Under the pieces are notes generated by a model, which ran no database searches, had not been told where the DNA came from, and saw nothing but the letters and a program-made list of their open reading frames with translations. Of a stretch of DNA of 64,000 bases, positions 49,844 through 63,489 are shown one piece after another (position 1 is the stretch's first letter; each line of letters opens with the position of its first letter). Source of the stretch: Acidimicrobiia bacterium (GTDB taxonomy: Bacteria; Actinomycetota; Acidimicrobiia; IMCC26256; BP-133); the NCBI GenBank assembly GCA_044867425.1, contig JBIOUX010000035.1, positions 11,477 through 75,476 of the forward strand, given 5' to 3'. Made by a program: the position numbers and the translations under genes.

Positions 49844-50740
49844 ATGACTGGCAAGCTGGCGGCGATGGTTCCACGGTTGGAGATCAGGCCGTGGCAGGCG
49901 GACGACGCGGCGGCGCTGGCCACCGGCCGGCCCGGGGTCGAGGCCGCTGACGCGATCCTGGCTCCTGACGCCCTGCGCCCCGCCCATGGCCAGGTGGGGC
50001 CCGGCCAGGTGTGGCTGCGCGCCCTCGCCGCGACCGTGGACGGCGAGCCGGTGGCTGGCGCGGCGGTGTGGTCGTCGCACTGGCACCCGGTGCGCCTGTG
50101 GGCCTACGTCGAGGTGTTGCCGGCGTGGCGGCGCCAGGGAGTCGGCGGCGCCCTCCTCGCCGCCCTGCGCCGGCAGGCCGAACCGGACGGGCGGACCCTG
50201 CGGGCCAAGGTCCGGCGCGACGGCCCATCGGGCGGCTTCGCCGTGGCCATGGGACTCACCACCGTCCTCATCGAGTCCACCGGCCGGGAGGTCGACCCCG
50301 CCCGCCTGCCCGATCCCCCGGCCCGGGTGCTGGCCGCCGACCTGGGCAGCGCCGAGGTGGCCGGCGTCTTCCGCCGCTGGTACGCCGCCGTGCATCCCAC
50401 CGACCCTCCCGGTCCGCTCACCGACGAAGACGTGCGCCGCACCCACCTGGCGGAAGCGGCGGGCGGGGTGATCGTGCGCCACGACTGGGGGCCGGTGGCG
50501 GGCATCGGGCTCGCCTTCGACGAGGGCGAGATGTGGGGCTTCTCCGGCGGCTCGCTCAACCCCGGCGCCACCGGGGCCGCGGAGGTGGTCCGGGACCTGG
50601 TGCTGGGAGCGGCCCGGCTGGTTCCCGCCGGACGGCGCCTGGTGCTCGAGGTGGACGACTCCATGGCCGACGTGGCGGCCGCCGCCGATCTCCTGGGCGC
50701 CGCCTACGGCGACACCGTCCACGTGGTCGCCGAATCCTGA
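49844..50740 (+). CDS. GNAT-family acetyltransferase
   Basis: VEVLPAWRRQGVGGALL. Confidence 0.75.
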   Translation: MTGKLAAMVPRLEIRPWQADDAAALATGRPGVEAADAILAPDALRPAHGQVGPGQVWLRALAATVDGEPVAGAAVWSSHWHPVRLWAYVEVLPAWRRQGVGGALLAALRRQAEPDGRTLRAKVRRDGPSGGFAVAMGLTTVLIESTGREVDPARLPDPPARVLAADLGSAEVAGVFRRWYAAVHPTDPPGPLTDEDVRRTHLAEAAGGVIVRHDWGPVAGIGLAFDEGEMWGFSGGSLNPGATGAAEVVRDLVLGAARLVPAGRRLVLEVDDSMADVAAAADLLGAAYGDTVHVVAES

Positions 50741-52134
50741 GCGGGCGGCGCCAGGGGGAGCTCGACCACGAACCAGGCCCCGGGACCGGCGGCGGCCTCC
50801 AGGCGGGCCCGGCCGCCGTGGGCTTCGGCCACTGCGGCCACGATGGACAGGCCCAGACCGGAGCCGCCGGTGGCCCGGCTGCGGGCGGCATCGGCCCGGT
50901 AGAAGCGCTCGAACACCTGGTCACCCACGCCCGCCGGCAGCCCCGGGCCCTCGTCGCGGACGTCGAGGCGGGCCCGGCCGTCCTCGGCCATGACCCGGAC
51001 GTGCACGGGCGTGCCCGGGGGGGTGTGGACGGCGGCGTTGGCCAGCAGGTTGGCCGCCACCTGGCGCAGGCGGGCTTCGTCGCCGGTCACCACCACGGGG
51101 GCGTCGCCGGTGAGGGTGATGGTCCGTTCCGGGGAGACGGCCCGGGCGTCGGCCACGGCGTCGGAGGCGAGGCGGAGCAGGTCGACGGGCGCCTGCTCCA
51201 GGGGGCGCCCCTGATCGAGACGGGCCAGCAGCAGGAGGTCCTCCACCAGGACTCCCATGCGGGTCGCCTCCTCCTCGATGCGCCGCATGGCGTTGGCCAG
51301 GTCCTCGGGACGCTCCGAGGCGCCCTGGCGGAAGAGCTCGGAGTAGCCCCGGATGGAGGTGAGCGGGGTGCGCAGCTCGTGGCTGGCGTCGGCCACGAAG
51401 CGCCGGAGGCGCTCCTCGGAGGCGGCCCGGCGGGAGAAGGCGTCCTCGATCTGGCCCAGCATGGCGTTGAGAGCCAGCCCCAGGCGGCCCACCTCGGTGT
51501 CGGGTTCGGCCCGCTCCACCCGCCGGGACAGGTCGCCGGCGGCGATGGCCTCGGCCGTGGCACCGATCTCGCCCAGGGGCCGCAGCCCGATGCGCACCAC
51601 CCAGGCGGAGAGGGCGGCCAGGGCCCCAAGGACGATGGCGGAGACCACCACCATGATCCCCACCAGCCGGCGCAGGGTGGCCTGGTTGGCTTCCAGGGGC
51701 AGGGCCACCACCAGGGATCCGCCGTCGGTTAGGGGTGTGGTGAGGATCCGCCAGGTGAAGTGGGAGTTCCCCGCCGAGGCCACCTCGCCGTAGGCCTCCC
51801 GGGGCGGCAGGTCGGGCGGCAGGTCGGGGCGGGGCTGGCCCGGGCTCACGTAGCGGACGGTGGGGCCGAGGGGCTGGCGCAGCTCGGCGTAGGTGCCGGA
51901 GAGGATCACCGAGCGGCCCGACGGCCGGGAGCCGGGGAATACGCCGCCCCGGGACAGCTCGGTGAACACCGGCGCCCGGGAGTCGCGCAGCTGCCCGTCC
52001 ACCCGTTGCTCCAGGAAAGTGGACAGCGCCCGGTAGGTGGCCAGGTTGGCACCCATCAACCCGGCGGCCACCACCACCAGGACCCCCGCCAGCAGCCGGG
52101 CCCGCAGCGACATGTAGGCCGACCCTGCGGCCAC
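50704..52134 (-). CDS. Sensor histidine kinase (PhoR-like)
   Basis: Two TMs, HAMP, ASHELRTPLT, N/G boxes GSGLGL. Confidence 0.92.
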   Translation of the reverse strand: MAAGSAYMSLRARLLAGVLVVVAAGLMGANLATYRALSTFLEQRVDGQLRDSRAPVFTELSRGGVFPGSRPSGRSVILSGTYAELRQPLGPTVRYVSPGQPRPDLPPDLPPREAYGEVASAGNSHFTWRILTTPLTDGGSLVVALPLEANQATLRRLVGIMVVVSAIVLGALAALSAWVVRIGLRPLGEIGATAEAIAAGDLSRRVERAEPDTEVGRLGLALNAMLGQIEDAFSRRAASEERLRRFVADASHELRTPLTSIRGYSELFRQGASERPEDLANAMRRIEEEATRMGVLVEDLLLLARLDQGRPLEQAPVDLLRLASDAVADARAVSPERTITLTGDAPVVVTGDEARLRQVAANLLANAAVHTPPGTPVHVRVMAEDGRARLDVRDEGPGLPAGVGDQVFERFYRADAARSRATGGSGLGLSIVAAVAEAHGGRARLEAAAGPGAWFVVELPLAPPAQDSATTWTVSP

Positions 52135-52826
52135 TAGTTCGGCAGCCGGAGGGTGTAGCCCACCCCCCGGACGGTGTGGATCAGGCGGGGCTCGATGCGG
52201 TCAACCTTCTTGCGCAGGTAGGAGATGTAGGTCTCCACCACGTTGGCGTCGCCCCCGAAGTCGTACTCCCACACGTGGTCCAGGATCTGTGCCTTGGACA
52301 GCACCCGGCGGGAGTTGACCATCAGGTAGCGCAGGAGCTTGAACTCGGTGGGGGTCATGGGCAGGGGCTCTCCTGCCCGGAACACCTCGTGGGTGTCCTC
52401 GTCGAGCTCCAGATCGGCGAAGACCAGGCGACCTTCGGGTTCGACCGCTCCGGTGCGGCGCAGCACCGCCCGCACCCGGGCCACCAGCTCCTCCAGGGAA
52501 AAGGGCTTGGTGACGTAGTCGTCGCCGCCCAGGGTCAGCCCGGCCACCTTGTCCTCGGTGGCGTCCCGGGCGGTGAGGAACAGGACGGGGATGCGCAGCC
52601 CCTCGGCCCGAAGGCGGCGGGTGACCTCGAAGCCGTCGAGGTCGGGCAGCATCACGTCGAGGACGATGAGCTCGGGGCGAAAGGCGCGGGCCCGGGCCAG
52701 CGCCTCCCGGCCGGTGGTGGCGGTGGCCACCTCGAAGCCGACGTAGCGCAACGCCGTGCCGACCAGATCGGTGATGTTCGCCTCGTCGTCGACTACCAGG
52801 ACACGGGCCTCGGCCACGGATCCCAT
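52134..52826 (-). CDS. OmpR-family response regulator resembling mycobacterial PhoP
   Basis: EARVLVVDDEANI, GLTLGGDDYVTKPFSLEE, ILDHVWEYDFGGDANVVETYISYLRKK. Confidence 0.92.
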   Translation of the reverse strand: MGSVAEARVLVVDDEANITDLVGTALRYVGFEVATATTGREALARARAFRPELIVLDVMLPDLDGFEVTRRLRAEGLRIPVLFLTARDATEDKVAGLTLGGDDYVTKPFSLEELVARVRAVLRRTGAVEPEGRLVFADLELDEDTHEVFRAGEPLPMTPTEFKLLRYLMVNSRRVLSKAQILDHVWEYDFGGDANVVETYISYLRKKVDRIEPRLIHTVRGVGYTLRLPN

Positions 52827-52863
52827 TCTTATTCCGACCCACCCATTGGTCGCGCCCAGCCCG

Positions 52864-54069
<1,206 letters not shown>

Positions 54070-54091
54070 CGCTCTACTCCAGCGCCGCCGC

Positions 54092-54119
54092 CTGTGAACA
54101 GGCTGTGGAGCGCCTGGGA
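54092..54119 (-). promoter_or_regulatory. PhoP-type direct-repeat box upstream of the htrA-RR-HK operon
   Basis: Minus strand TCCCAG-N5-CCACAG-N5-TCACAG, 11-bp period, ending 23 bp from the htrA start. Confidence 0.6.
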
Positions 54120-54224
54120 GCCTCCGTAAACCTGGGATGAACCGCCGGGCGACAGAAAAGAGGAGAGCGCCCGGATCGTCACGAATTCACCGTAGTCGGC
54201 GCCCCCGCGCCGCCTGGAGGCCTC

Positions 54225-55154
54225 ATGTTCCGCGGTACAGCCCCCCGGCTGGCCATCTTGCTTCTGGCCAGCGCCGCCGTCCTCCCCGTCACCGCGCCCG
54301 CCCAGGCGGCGCCGCCCCAGGAACGGACGGTGCGTGTCTTCGACTTCGCCTACGACCCGGTCCCGATCCAGGTCGAGGCGGGCGACACCGTGGTCTGGGT
54401 GCTGGATCAGTCGGCCCAGGCCACCCACTCCGTGACGTCCGACGACGATGGTGGCTTCACCGCCGACCTCGTTCCCGGTACCCCGGACAACGTGTTCCGC
54501 CGCAAGTTCACCACCGCCGGCAAGTTCGCCTACTACTGCCGGTTCCACCTGTTCTCCAACAGCATGGTCGGCCAGGTCCAGGTGACCGACCCGCCGCCGC
54601 CCACCACGACGACCACCACCGAGCCGCCGACCACGACCACCACGGCGCCGCCGCCCACCACCACCACGACGGCGCCGCCGCCTCCGCCGACCACGACCAC
54701 CACCCGGCCGCGGCCCACCACGACCACGACCCAGCCGCCGGCCGCCCCCCCGACCACGCAGCCGCCGGCATCGGCCAGCACCGACGACCACGACACGACC
54801 GACACCACCGCCCGGGCCACCACCACGACGGGCAAGCCGACGACCACCACCACGGGGAAGAAGAAGCCGGCTGCGACGACCACGACCAAGGCCCCGGAGA
54901 CGACGACCACGTCGGCGGCGCCGGCCCTGCCGGCGGAGTGGATCCCGACGCCCGACCTCGTCCCCGGCGGGGCGCCGACGACCACGACCACCGAGCCTGG
55001 GACCGAGGTGGCCGCCGGCCACGAGTCGAAGAAGGGCAAGGGCGGCGGAGGTGGCGGGTTCCCCGTCGCCGTCGCCGGCGCCCTCGGGCTGCTGGTGCTG
55101 GGCGGCGGCGTGTGGGCCTGGTACCACCGCTCCAGCCGCTACCTCCCGGCCTAG
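54225..55154 (+). CDS. Cupredoxin (plastocyanin-like) surface protein with Thr/Pro-rich stalk and C-terminal TM
   Basis: HSVT...YYCRFH....MVG type-1 Cu ligands; PPTTTTT repeats. Confidence 0.8.
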   Translation: MFRGTAPRLAILLLASAAVLPVTAPAQAAPPQERTVRVFDFAYDPVPIQVEAGDTVVWVLDQSAQATHSVTSDDDGGFTADLVPGTPDNVFRRKFTTAGKFAYYCRFHLFSNSMVGQVQVTDPPPPTTTTTTEPPTTTTTAPPPTTTTTAPPPPPTTTTTRPRPTTTTTQPPAAPPTTQPPASASTDDHDTTDTTARATTTTGKPTTTTTGKKKPAATTTTKAPETTTTSAAPALPAEWIPTPDLVPGGAPTTTTTEPGTEVAAGHESKKGKGGGGGGFPVAVAGALGLLVLGGGVWAWYHRSSRYLPA

Positions 55155-55176
55155 ACCGGCGGTTTAGGGTGGGCGG

Positions 55177-55719
55177 GTGAACACCTGCCCCACGCTCACC
55201 ACCGATCGCCTCGTCCTCCGTCCCTTCCGGGACGATGACCTGGGTCCGTTCACGGAGGTACTGCGGGCCGAGCCGGTCCGGGCCTCCCTCCTCCTCCCCG
55301 CCGACGTCGGACCAGGACGGGCCTTCTCCGACATGGCCGCCAACCTGGGGCAGTGGCAACTGCGGGGGACGGGCCACTGGGCCCTGGAGGAGCGGGCCAC
55401 CGGCGCCCTGGTGGGGCGGGCCGGGTTGCACCGCCCCGGCTGGGAGGACTGGCCCGGGGTCGAGGTGGGCTGGGTGCTGCACCCCCACCACTGGGGCAAG
55501 GGCTATGCCACCGAGGCCGGCGCCCAGGCGCTCGCCTACGCCTTCGAGACATTGAGCCTTCCCGAGGTGTTCAGCGTCATCCTGCCCACCAACGAGCGCT
55601 CCCAGGCGGTGGCCCGCCGGCTCGGCTTCACCCTGATGGAGGAGCGGATCCTGTCCTTCTTCCCCACCCGCCCCCACGGGATCTGGCACCTCCCGGCCGG
55701 CGGCTGGAAGAGCAACTGA
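55177..55719 (+). CDS. RimJ/RimL-type GNAT acetyltransferase
   Basis: LTTDRLVLRP, EVGW, WGKGYATEA, NERSQAVARRLG. Confidence 0.88.
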   Translation: MNTCPTLTTDRLVLRPFRDDDLGPFTEVLRAEPVRASLLLPADVGPGRAFSDMAANLGQWQLRGTGHWALEERATGALVGRAGLHRPGWEDWPGVEVGWVLHPHHWGKGYATEAGAQALAYAFETLSLPEVFSVILPTNERSQAVARRLGFTLMEERILSFFPTRPHGIWHLPAGGWKSN

Positions 55720-55735
55720 GGGCGGACGGATCGGG

Positions 55736-56911
55736 ATGTCCACCGTCCATGTCATCGCCATCGGCTCCCTCGACGAGTTGACCGCCGCCCTCGACGAGCT
55801 GGACCCGGCCGGCGACGACCTCGTGCTGGTCCATCCCGAGCACCACAGCGTCGTGGCCGGCGACGGGCAGGACATCGCCGGCGCCCACAGTGTGTTCGGC
55901 GAGTCCATCGCCGTGGCCGCCTCCGCCCTGCCGGTGAGTGCCGGTGAGGCCGCCGTGCGCCTCACGGAGGTGCTCATGGCCGGGCTCGGGTCGTTGCCCT
56001 ACCGGCACCATCCCTTCCCCCTCGGGCTGTGCGGGCCGGCGGTTGCCCTCCGGAGGGTCCTGGCCTCCCTGCCCGACGGCGCCGACGACGCCGACCGCCT
56101 GGCCGGGGCTCTCCTGGCCGGGAACGCCGACCTGGCACTGGACAGCGGCGGCCAGGTCTTTCGGGTCCTCGACGGGTCGGACACCGACGTCGTCGCCGTC
56201 GCCGGCCGGTTCCATGCCGGCACCGAACGGCCGGTGGTGGCCATCGATCCCGCCCCGCCCGGGGTCCGACATGTTCCCGGGGAGAACCCGCGCCTGGCCG
56301 CCCTGGCCGCCGCCCTGGCCGACCCCGGCGGTCGCGACCTGGCCGCCCTCCTCCGCTACGACGGCGCCGTCGACCCGGCGCCGGACAAGGCGGTGGAAGC
56401 GGCGCCCGACATCCTGGTCATGCCCTTCTGGACGCCGGAGTTCTGTGCCGTCCTGTTGCGAGCGGCCGAGGTTGCCGGCATGTGGGCCTCGGACCCTGAC
56501 GACCCCGTCCCGGGCGCCGAGGTGTCGCTCTTTGCCCTCTTCCCGCGGCTGGCCGGCCTCCTGGAGGAGGACCTGATGACCCGGGTGTGGCCCCGGCTGC
56601 ACGAGCACTGGCCGGAGGCGGCCGCCACCGGACTGCATGACGCCTTCGTCATCCGCTACGAGCCGGGCGGGTCGAACGAGGGTCTGCCTCTCCATCACGA
56701 CGTCGCCCAGGTGAGCGCCACCGTGCGGCTCAACCACGGCTACCGGGGCGGCGCCCTGTCCTTCCCTCGCCAGGGATGGGACACCGCCGGCGTCCCCGTC
56801 GGCCACCTGGTGGCCTGGCCGTCCCTCGTCACCCACCCCCACCGGGCCGAACCGGTACAACACGGCGTCCGCTACGGCCTGACCATCTGGTTCGCACTAC
56901 CCGGCGTCTGA
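55736..56911 (+). CDS. 2OG-Fe(II) oxygenase, PLOD/lysyl-hydroxylase-like, with degenerate N-terminal GT-like domain
   Basis: FVIRYEP..LPLHHD..VSATVRLN..YRGG..THPH..GVRY; PDILVMPFWTPEFC. Confidence 0.7.
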   Translation: MSTVHVIAIGSLDELTAALDELDPAGDDLVLVHPEHHSVVAGDGQDIAGAHSVFGESIAVAASALPVSAGEAAVRLTEVLMAGLGSLPYRHHPFPLGLCGPAVALRRVLASLPDGADDADRLAGALLAGNADLALDSGGQVFRVLDGSDTDVVAVAGRFHAGTERPVVAIDPAPPGVRHVPGENPRLAALAAALADPGGRDLAALLRYDGAVDPAPDKAVEAAPDILVMPFWTPEFCAVLLRAAEVAGMWASDPDDPVPGAEVSLFALFPRLAGLLEEDLMTRVWPRLHEHWPEAAATGLHDAFVIRYEPGGSNEGLPLHHDVAQVSATVRLNHGYRGGALSFPRQGWDTAGVPVGHLVAWPSLVTHPHRAEPVQHGVRYGLTIWFALPGV

Positions 56912-57795
56912 GTCGTCCTCCTTGGGCCGGGCCTGGACGTGGGTGAAGCCGAAGCGGCCCTTGATGCAGAGGTTCCCCCGGGTGACGAACTGGTCGTGGG
57001 GTGAGGTGACCCGCACGATCTCGTTGTCCTGCACGTGGAGGGTGAGGGTGCAGCCCACGCCGCAGTACGGGCAGATGGTGTCGGTGCGGGTCTGGCGGGC
57101 GGGTTCCCACTCCCCCGCCTCCCGGAGGCGGAACTCGGCGGCGAAGGACAGGGCGCCGGTGGGGCACACCTCCACGCAGTTGCCGCAGTACACGCAGGCG
57201 GAGTCGGGCAGGGGCGCGTCCCACTCGGTGGAGATGTGCGAGTCGAACCCCCGGCCGGCCACGGCGATGGCGAACGTCTGCTGCCACTGCTCGCCGCAGG
57301 CGTCGACGCACTTGTAGCAGAGGATGCAACGGGCGTAGTCCCGCACATAGAGGTCGTTGTCCACCTTGGCCGGCTGGGCGGCCACGGTGGCTGCCCCGGG
57401 CCCGTAGCGGGCCGGCTCCGCGCCGTAGTCCGCCATCCACCTGTCCACCTCCGGGCCGGCGCCGGAGAGGTCGACGGAGCTGGCCAGGAACTCGAGCACC
57501 AGGCGCCGGGCGAGGCGGGCCCGGGGCGTGGCCGTGTGCACGACCATGCCCGCCTCCACCTTGCGGGAGCAGGCCGGGGCCAGGACCCGGGCGCCCTCCA
57601 CCTCCACCATGCACACCCGGCAGGCGTTCTTGGGGGTGAGGGTGTCGCCGTAGCACAGCGTGGGGATGTCGGCTCCCGCCGCCCGGGCCGCCTCCAGGAT
57701 GGTGGCCCCCTCGGGCACCCGGCGGGCCTCGCCGTCGATGGTCACGTCGACCATCCGCCGGGGCGGCCCCAGGGGTACGGACACCGGTTCCGCGC

Positions 57796-57799
<4 letters not shown>
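56897..57799 (-). CDS. Fe-S subunit of formate dehydrogenase (2Fe-2S + 2x4Fe-4S + molybdopterin-type Fe4S4 domain)
   Basis: IPTLC..CRVCMVE; CILCYKC; CVYCGNC; TICPYCGVGC..NLCIKGRFG. Confidence 0.88.
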
Positions 57800-59540
<1,741 letters not shown>

Positions 59541-59544
<4 letters not shown>

Positions 59545-61439
59545 ACTGTCTCCACCCGCACCGCCGCCGCCTTGAACTCGGCCGTGCCCGACTTGGGGTC
59601 GGTGGCTTCGATGGTCAGCCGGTTGGTGTCGACCTCGTCGGGAAAGTGCAGCGTCATGAACACCAGCCCCGGGGCCAGGCCGGGGTCGATCCGGGCCGGG
59701 ACCTCCACCGAGCCCCGCCGGGAGGTGACCCGGACCCGGGTCCCGTCCATCACCCCGAGGGCGGCGGCATCGGCCGGGCTCAGGTCGAGCGTCTCTCCCC
59801 GGCGCAGGGGCGAGGCGTAGCCGCCCGACTGCACCCCGGTGTTGAAGGAGTCGAGCCGGCGTCCGGTGGTGAGCCGCAGGGGGTACTCGTCGTCGAGCGC
59901 CTCCACCGGCCCCTCGTGGGCCACGGCCGAGAACGGCGCCGGCCGGCCCCGGCGGGCCGGGTCCTCCTCCCACAGCCGGCCGTGGAGGAACGACGGCTCG
60001 AGGGTGTCCTCGGAGTAGCAGGGCCACTGGATCCCGCCCAGCTCCTCCAGCCGGCGGTAGGTCATCCCGGCGTGAAGGGGCGAGAGCGAGCGCAGCTCGT
60101 CCCACACCGCCTCGGCCGACTCATAGGTCCAGTCGTGGCCCGGATCGACCCGCCCGGCGAGGGCGAGCAGGATCTCGATGTCATCCCGGGCCCCGGCCGG
60201 CGGTTCCAGCGCCTTGCGCACCCGCTGCACCCGGCGCTCGGAGTTGGTGACCGTCCCCTCCGCCTCGCACCACGCCGCGCTGGCGGGCAGGACCACGTCG
60301 GCCAGCTCCGCCGTCTTGGTCAGGAGGATGTCCTGGACGACCAGGTGGTCGAGGCCCTCGAGGAGCGAGATGGCATGGCCCACGTCGGCTTCGGACTGGG
60401 CCGGGTTCTCGCCCAGCACGTACAGGGCCCGCAGGTCGCCCCGGCCCATGGCCTCGAACATCTGGGTCAGGTGCCAGCCGTAGGCCGGTGGGATCGCACT
60501 TCCCCAGGCGGCGTCGAAGCGGGCCCGGACCTCGGGGTCGAGGATGTCGGCGAAGCCGGGCAGGCGGTTGGGGATGGCCCCCATGTCGCCGCCGCCCTGG
60601 ACGTTGTTCTGGCCCCGCAGGGGGTTGAGGCCGGCGCCGTAGCGGCCGACGTGGCCGCACAGCAGGGCCAGGTTGATGAGCGAGAGGACGTTGTCGACGG
60701 CGTTATGGTGCTCGGTGATCCCCAGTGTCCAGCACAGCTGGGCCCGGTCGGCCCGGGCGTAGGTGTGGGCCAGCTCGCGGATCTGGGCGGCCGGGACACC
60801 GGTCTCCGCTTCGGCCCGGGCCGGCGTCCACTCCTCCACCGCAGCGGCGAACTCGTCGAAGCCGGTGGTGGCCCGGGCGATGAACCGGCGGTTCTCCAGG
60901 CCGGCGTGGAGGATCTCCCGGGCCACGGCGTGGGCCAGGGCAATGTCCGTCCCCACCCGCAGCGGCAGATGGGAATGGGCGAAGCGGGCCGTCGACGTGC
61001 GGCGCGGATCGACCACGAACAGCCTGGCTCCCCGACGCTGGGCCTGGATGACGTGATGGAAGAAGATCGGGTGGGTCTCCCGGGCGTTGGAGCCCCACAG
61101 GACGACCACGTCGGCCTCCTCGACCTCCTTGTAGGAGCTGGTGCCGCCTCCGGCCCCGAATACCGTCGCCAGACCGACGACGCTGGGCGCGTGTCAGGTG
61201 CGGTTGCAGGAGTCGATGTTGTTGGTGCCGATGGCCACCCTCATGACCTTCTGGGCCATGAAGTTGACCTCATTGGTGGCCTTGGAGCAGGAGAACATCC
61301 CCACAGCCTGGGGACCGCTCTCGTCCCGCACCCGGGCCAGCCCTCCGGCGGCGGCGTCAAGGGCCTCGTCCCAGGACGCCTCCTGCAGGACCCCGTCCCG
61401 ACGCACCATCGGTCGTGTCAACCGCTCATAGGTTCGCAT
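59541..61439 (-). CDS. fdhF: Selenocysteine-containing formate dehydrogenase catalytic subunit (in-frame UGA at 61194-61196)
   Basis: NNIDSCNRT-[UGA]-HAPSV; LRGQNNVQGG; frame continuous across the UGA. Confidence 0.88.
61164..61193 (-). promoter_or_regulatory. Bacterial SECIS element
   Basis: Hairpin CGUCGUC-GGUCU-GGCGACG 11 nt after the UGA; apical GGUCU as in E. coli fdhF. Confidence 0.8.
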
Positions 61440-61610
61440 CGCCTCACCGTACCGTCGCCGTCACACCCTCGTCGCACCACATCCGGGGCCTGTTCGGTGG
61501 GCCGAAGGCACGGAGGAAACCGGACACCCGGCACGAATTTCTTCAACACGGCTTTACGTTCCCCCCGGTTCGTTTCCGCCCTCAGCAACCCACCAAGGAG
61601 TACGCAAGCA

Positions 61611-63371
61611 GTGCGACCTCGACCGGGGATTGGACAGTTGGCGGCGCTGGCCGTCGCCTTGGCTTTGCTCGTCTCGGCGACGGGCGCGGGAGTCTCGAAC
61701 GCAGCGGACAACCCGGAGCCGGTGGCGGCCGCCCCCAGGCAGGGCTACTGGCTGGCCGGAGCGGACGGCTCGGTCTACGGGTTCGGCTCCGCCGAACACT
61801 TCGGGGCGGTGCCCGCCGGCGTGCGCCAAGCCATCGCCGGGGTGGCCGCCACCCCCTCCGGGGAGGGGTACTGGCTGGTGAGCAGCGACGGTGGGGTGTT
61901 CAGCTTCGGCGACGCCCCCTTCCTCGGTTCCACGGGCGACCTGAGGCTCAACCGCCCCGTGGTCGGCATGGCCGCCACCCCCACCGGTGACGGCTACTGG
62001 TTCGTGGCCGCCGACGGCGGGCTCTTCTCCTTCGGCGACGCCGCCTTCTACGGCTCCACCGGGGCCATGCGCCTCAACCGGCCGGTGGTTGGGATGGCCG
62101 CCACCCCCACGGGCCGGGGGTACTGGTTCGTGGCCGCCGACGGGGGCGTGTTCAGCTTCGGCGACGCCGTCTTCTACGGCTCCACGGGGTCGTTGCGGCT
62201 CAACAAGCCGATCGTGGGCATGGCCGCCTCCCCGACGGGCGCCGGCTACTGGCTGGTGGCTTCCGACGGCGGGGTGTTCGCCTTCGGCGACGCCGGCTTC
62301 TTCGGTTCCACCGGCAGCCAGCGGCTCAACGCCCCCATCGTGGGCCTGACCCCGACCCCGACCGGCCTGGGCTACTGGTTCGTGGCCGCCGACGGCGGCG
62401 TGTTCAGCTTCGGCGACGCCCTCTTCGCCGGTTCGGCCGGCGGGATGCGCCTGCCCCGTCCCATCACCGCCCTGGCCGCGGTCCCTCCCCACGGCTCCCA
62501 GGCCAGCTTCCATCCCGACGACGAGGGGCCGATCCCCGACGACCCGGCACCGCCCACTCCGCCGGACGACGGCCCCGACCGGTCGGCCACGGTCGCCCCG
62601 CCGGCGCCGACGGGTCCCTTCGACGTCGCCCTGATCGGTGACACGGGCTACGACGCCGACCAGGACAAGGTGCTGTTCGAGATCCGCTCGGACATCGGCG
62701 AGGAGGGGCCGGACTTCACCATCCACGTCGGCGACATCTGGAGCGAGGCGGACGGTGAATGCCGGGAGGAGGACTACCAGCGGGTGCACGACGTCTTCGA
62801 GGGCTTCGACGCCCCCTTGGTCTACACACCTGGTGACAACGAGTGGGCCGACTGTCCGGGCAGCTCATCGAAGGCCCTCGAGACCATCCGGAGGATCTTC
62901 TTCTCCACCAACGAGACGCTGGGCCGGCGTCGCATGACCGTCGAGCGCCAGCCGGGCATGCCGGAGAACGCCCGCTTCACCCGGAGCGGGGTGGTCTTCG
63001 CCACCATCAACGAGCCCGGCCCGGACGGCAGGAGCGGCACCCATCGCGACCTCAACATCGAATGGCTCAACGCCGCCTTCGACCACGCCGAGGCCAGCGG
63101 GGCGCCGGCGGTCGTGGTGGCCTGGCAGGACAACCCCTTCGAACCCGACGGGGGCCGCCTGCTCGAGACGCTGGAGGACCGCACCGAGACGTTCGGGAAG
63201 CCCGTCACCCTCGTCCACGGCGACACCCATCACCATGAGCTGGATCACCCCTGGGGGGACAACTTCACCCGGGTCGAAGTCGAAGGCGACAGCTCGTCGG
63301 GAGAGTGGATGCGGATGACCGTGGACCCGTCGAGCCCCGAGGTCTTCCGCTTCCACCGGGAACGCGCCTAG
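61611..63371 (+). CDS. Secreted protein: GYWL surface repeats plus calcineurin-like metallophosphoesterase
   Basis: AAGGAG RBS; six GYW..A.DGG.F.FGDA units; GDTGY, HVGD, PGDNEW, HGDTH. Confidence 0.8.
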   Translation: MRPRPGIGQLAALAVALALLVSATGAGVSNAADNPEPVAAAPRQGYWLAGADGSVYGFGSAEHFGAVPAGVRQAIAGVAATPSGEGYWLVSSDGGVFSFGDAPFLGSTGDLRLNRPVVGMAATPTGDGYWFVAADGGLFSFGDAAFYGSTGAMRLNRPVVGMAATPTGRGYWFVAADGGVFSFGDAVFYGSTGSLRLNKPIVGMAASPTGAGYWLVASDGGVFAFGDAGFFGSTGSQRLNAPIVGLTPTPTGLGYWFVAADGGVFSFGDALFAGSAGGMRLPRPITALAAVPPHGSQASFHPDDEGPIPDDPAPPTPPDDGPDRSATVAPPAPTGPFDVALIGDTGYDADQDKVLFEIRSDIGEEGPDFTIHVGDIWSEADGECREEDYQRVHDVFEGFDAPLVYTPGDNEWADCPGSSSKALETIRRIFFSTNETLGRRRMTVERQPGMPENARFTRSGVVFATINEPGPDGRSGTHRDLNIEWLNAAFDHAEASGAPAVVVAWQDNPFEPDGGRLLETLEDRTETFGKPVTLVHGDTHHHELDHPWGDNFTRVEVEGDSSSGEWMRMTVDPSSPEVFRFHRERA

Positions 63372-63489
63372 GAAGCCCCACGCTCCCTGCCTGCCGCTTC
63401 GTCCCTTTCCCTCAAGGCCGGGAGGAAGGGAATGAGCGGCGGGCCGTGGAACCACACATGGTCAGCAACGTACGCTTGACACAGCCCAC

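Noticed and set aside
54590-54920. ACC/ACG simple repeats
   Set aside because: They encode an ordinary Thr/Pro linker.
61194-61196. Premature stop / FDH pseudogene
   Set aside because: The UGA is at the Sec position and is followed by a SECIS hairpin.
61860-62430. Regularly spaced DNA repeats resembling a CRISPR array
   Set aside because: In-frame ~123-bp protein repeats with no unique spacers and no cas genes.
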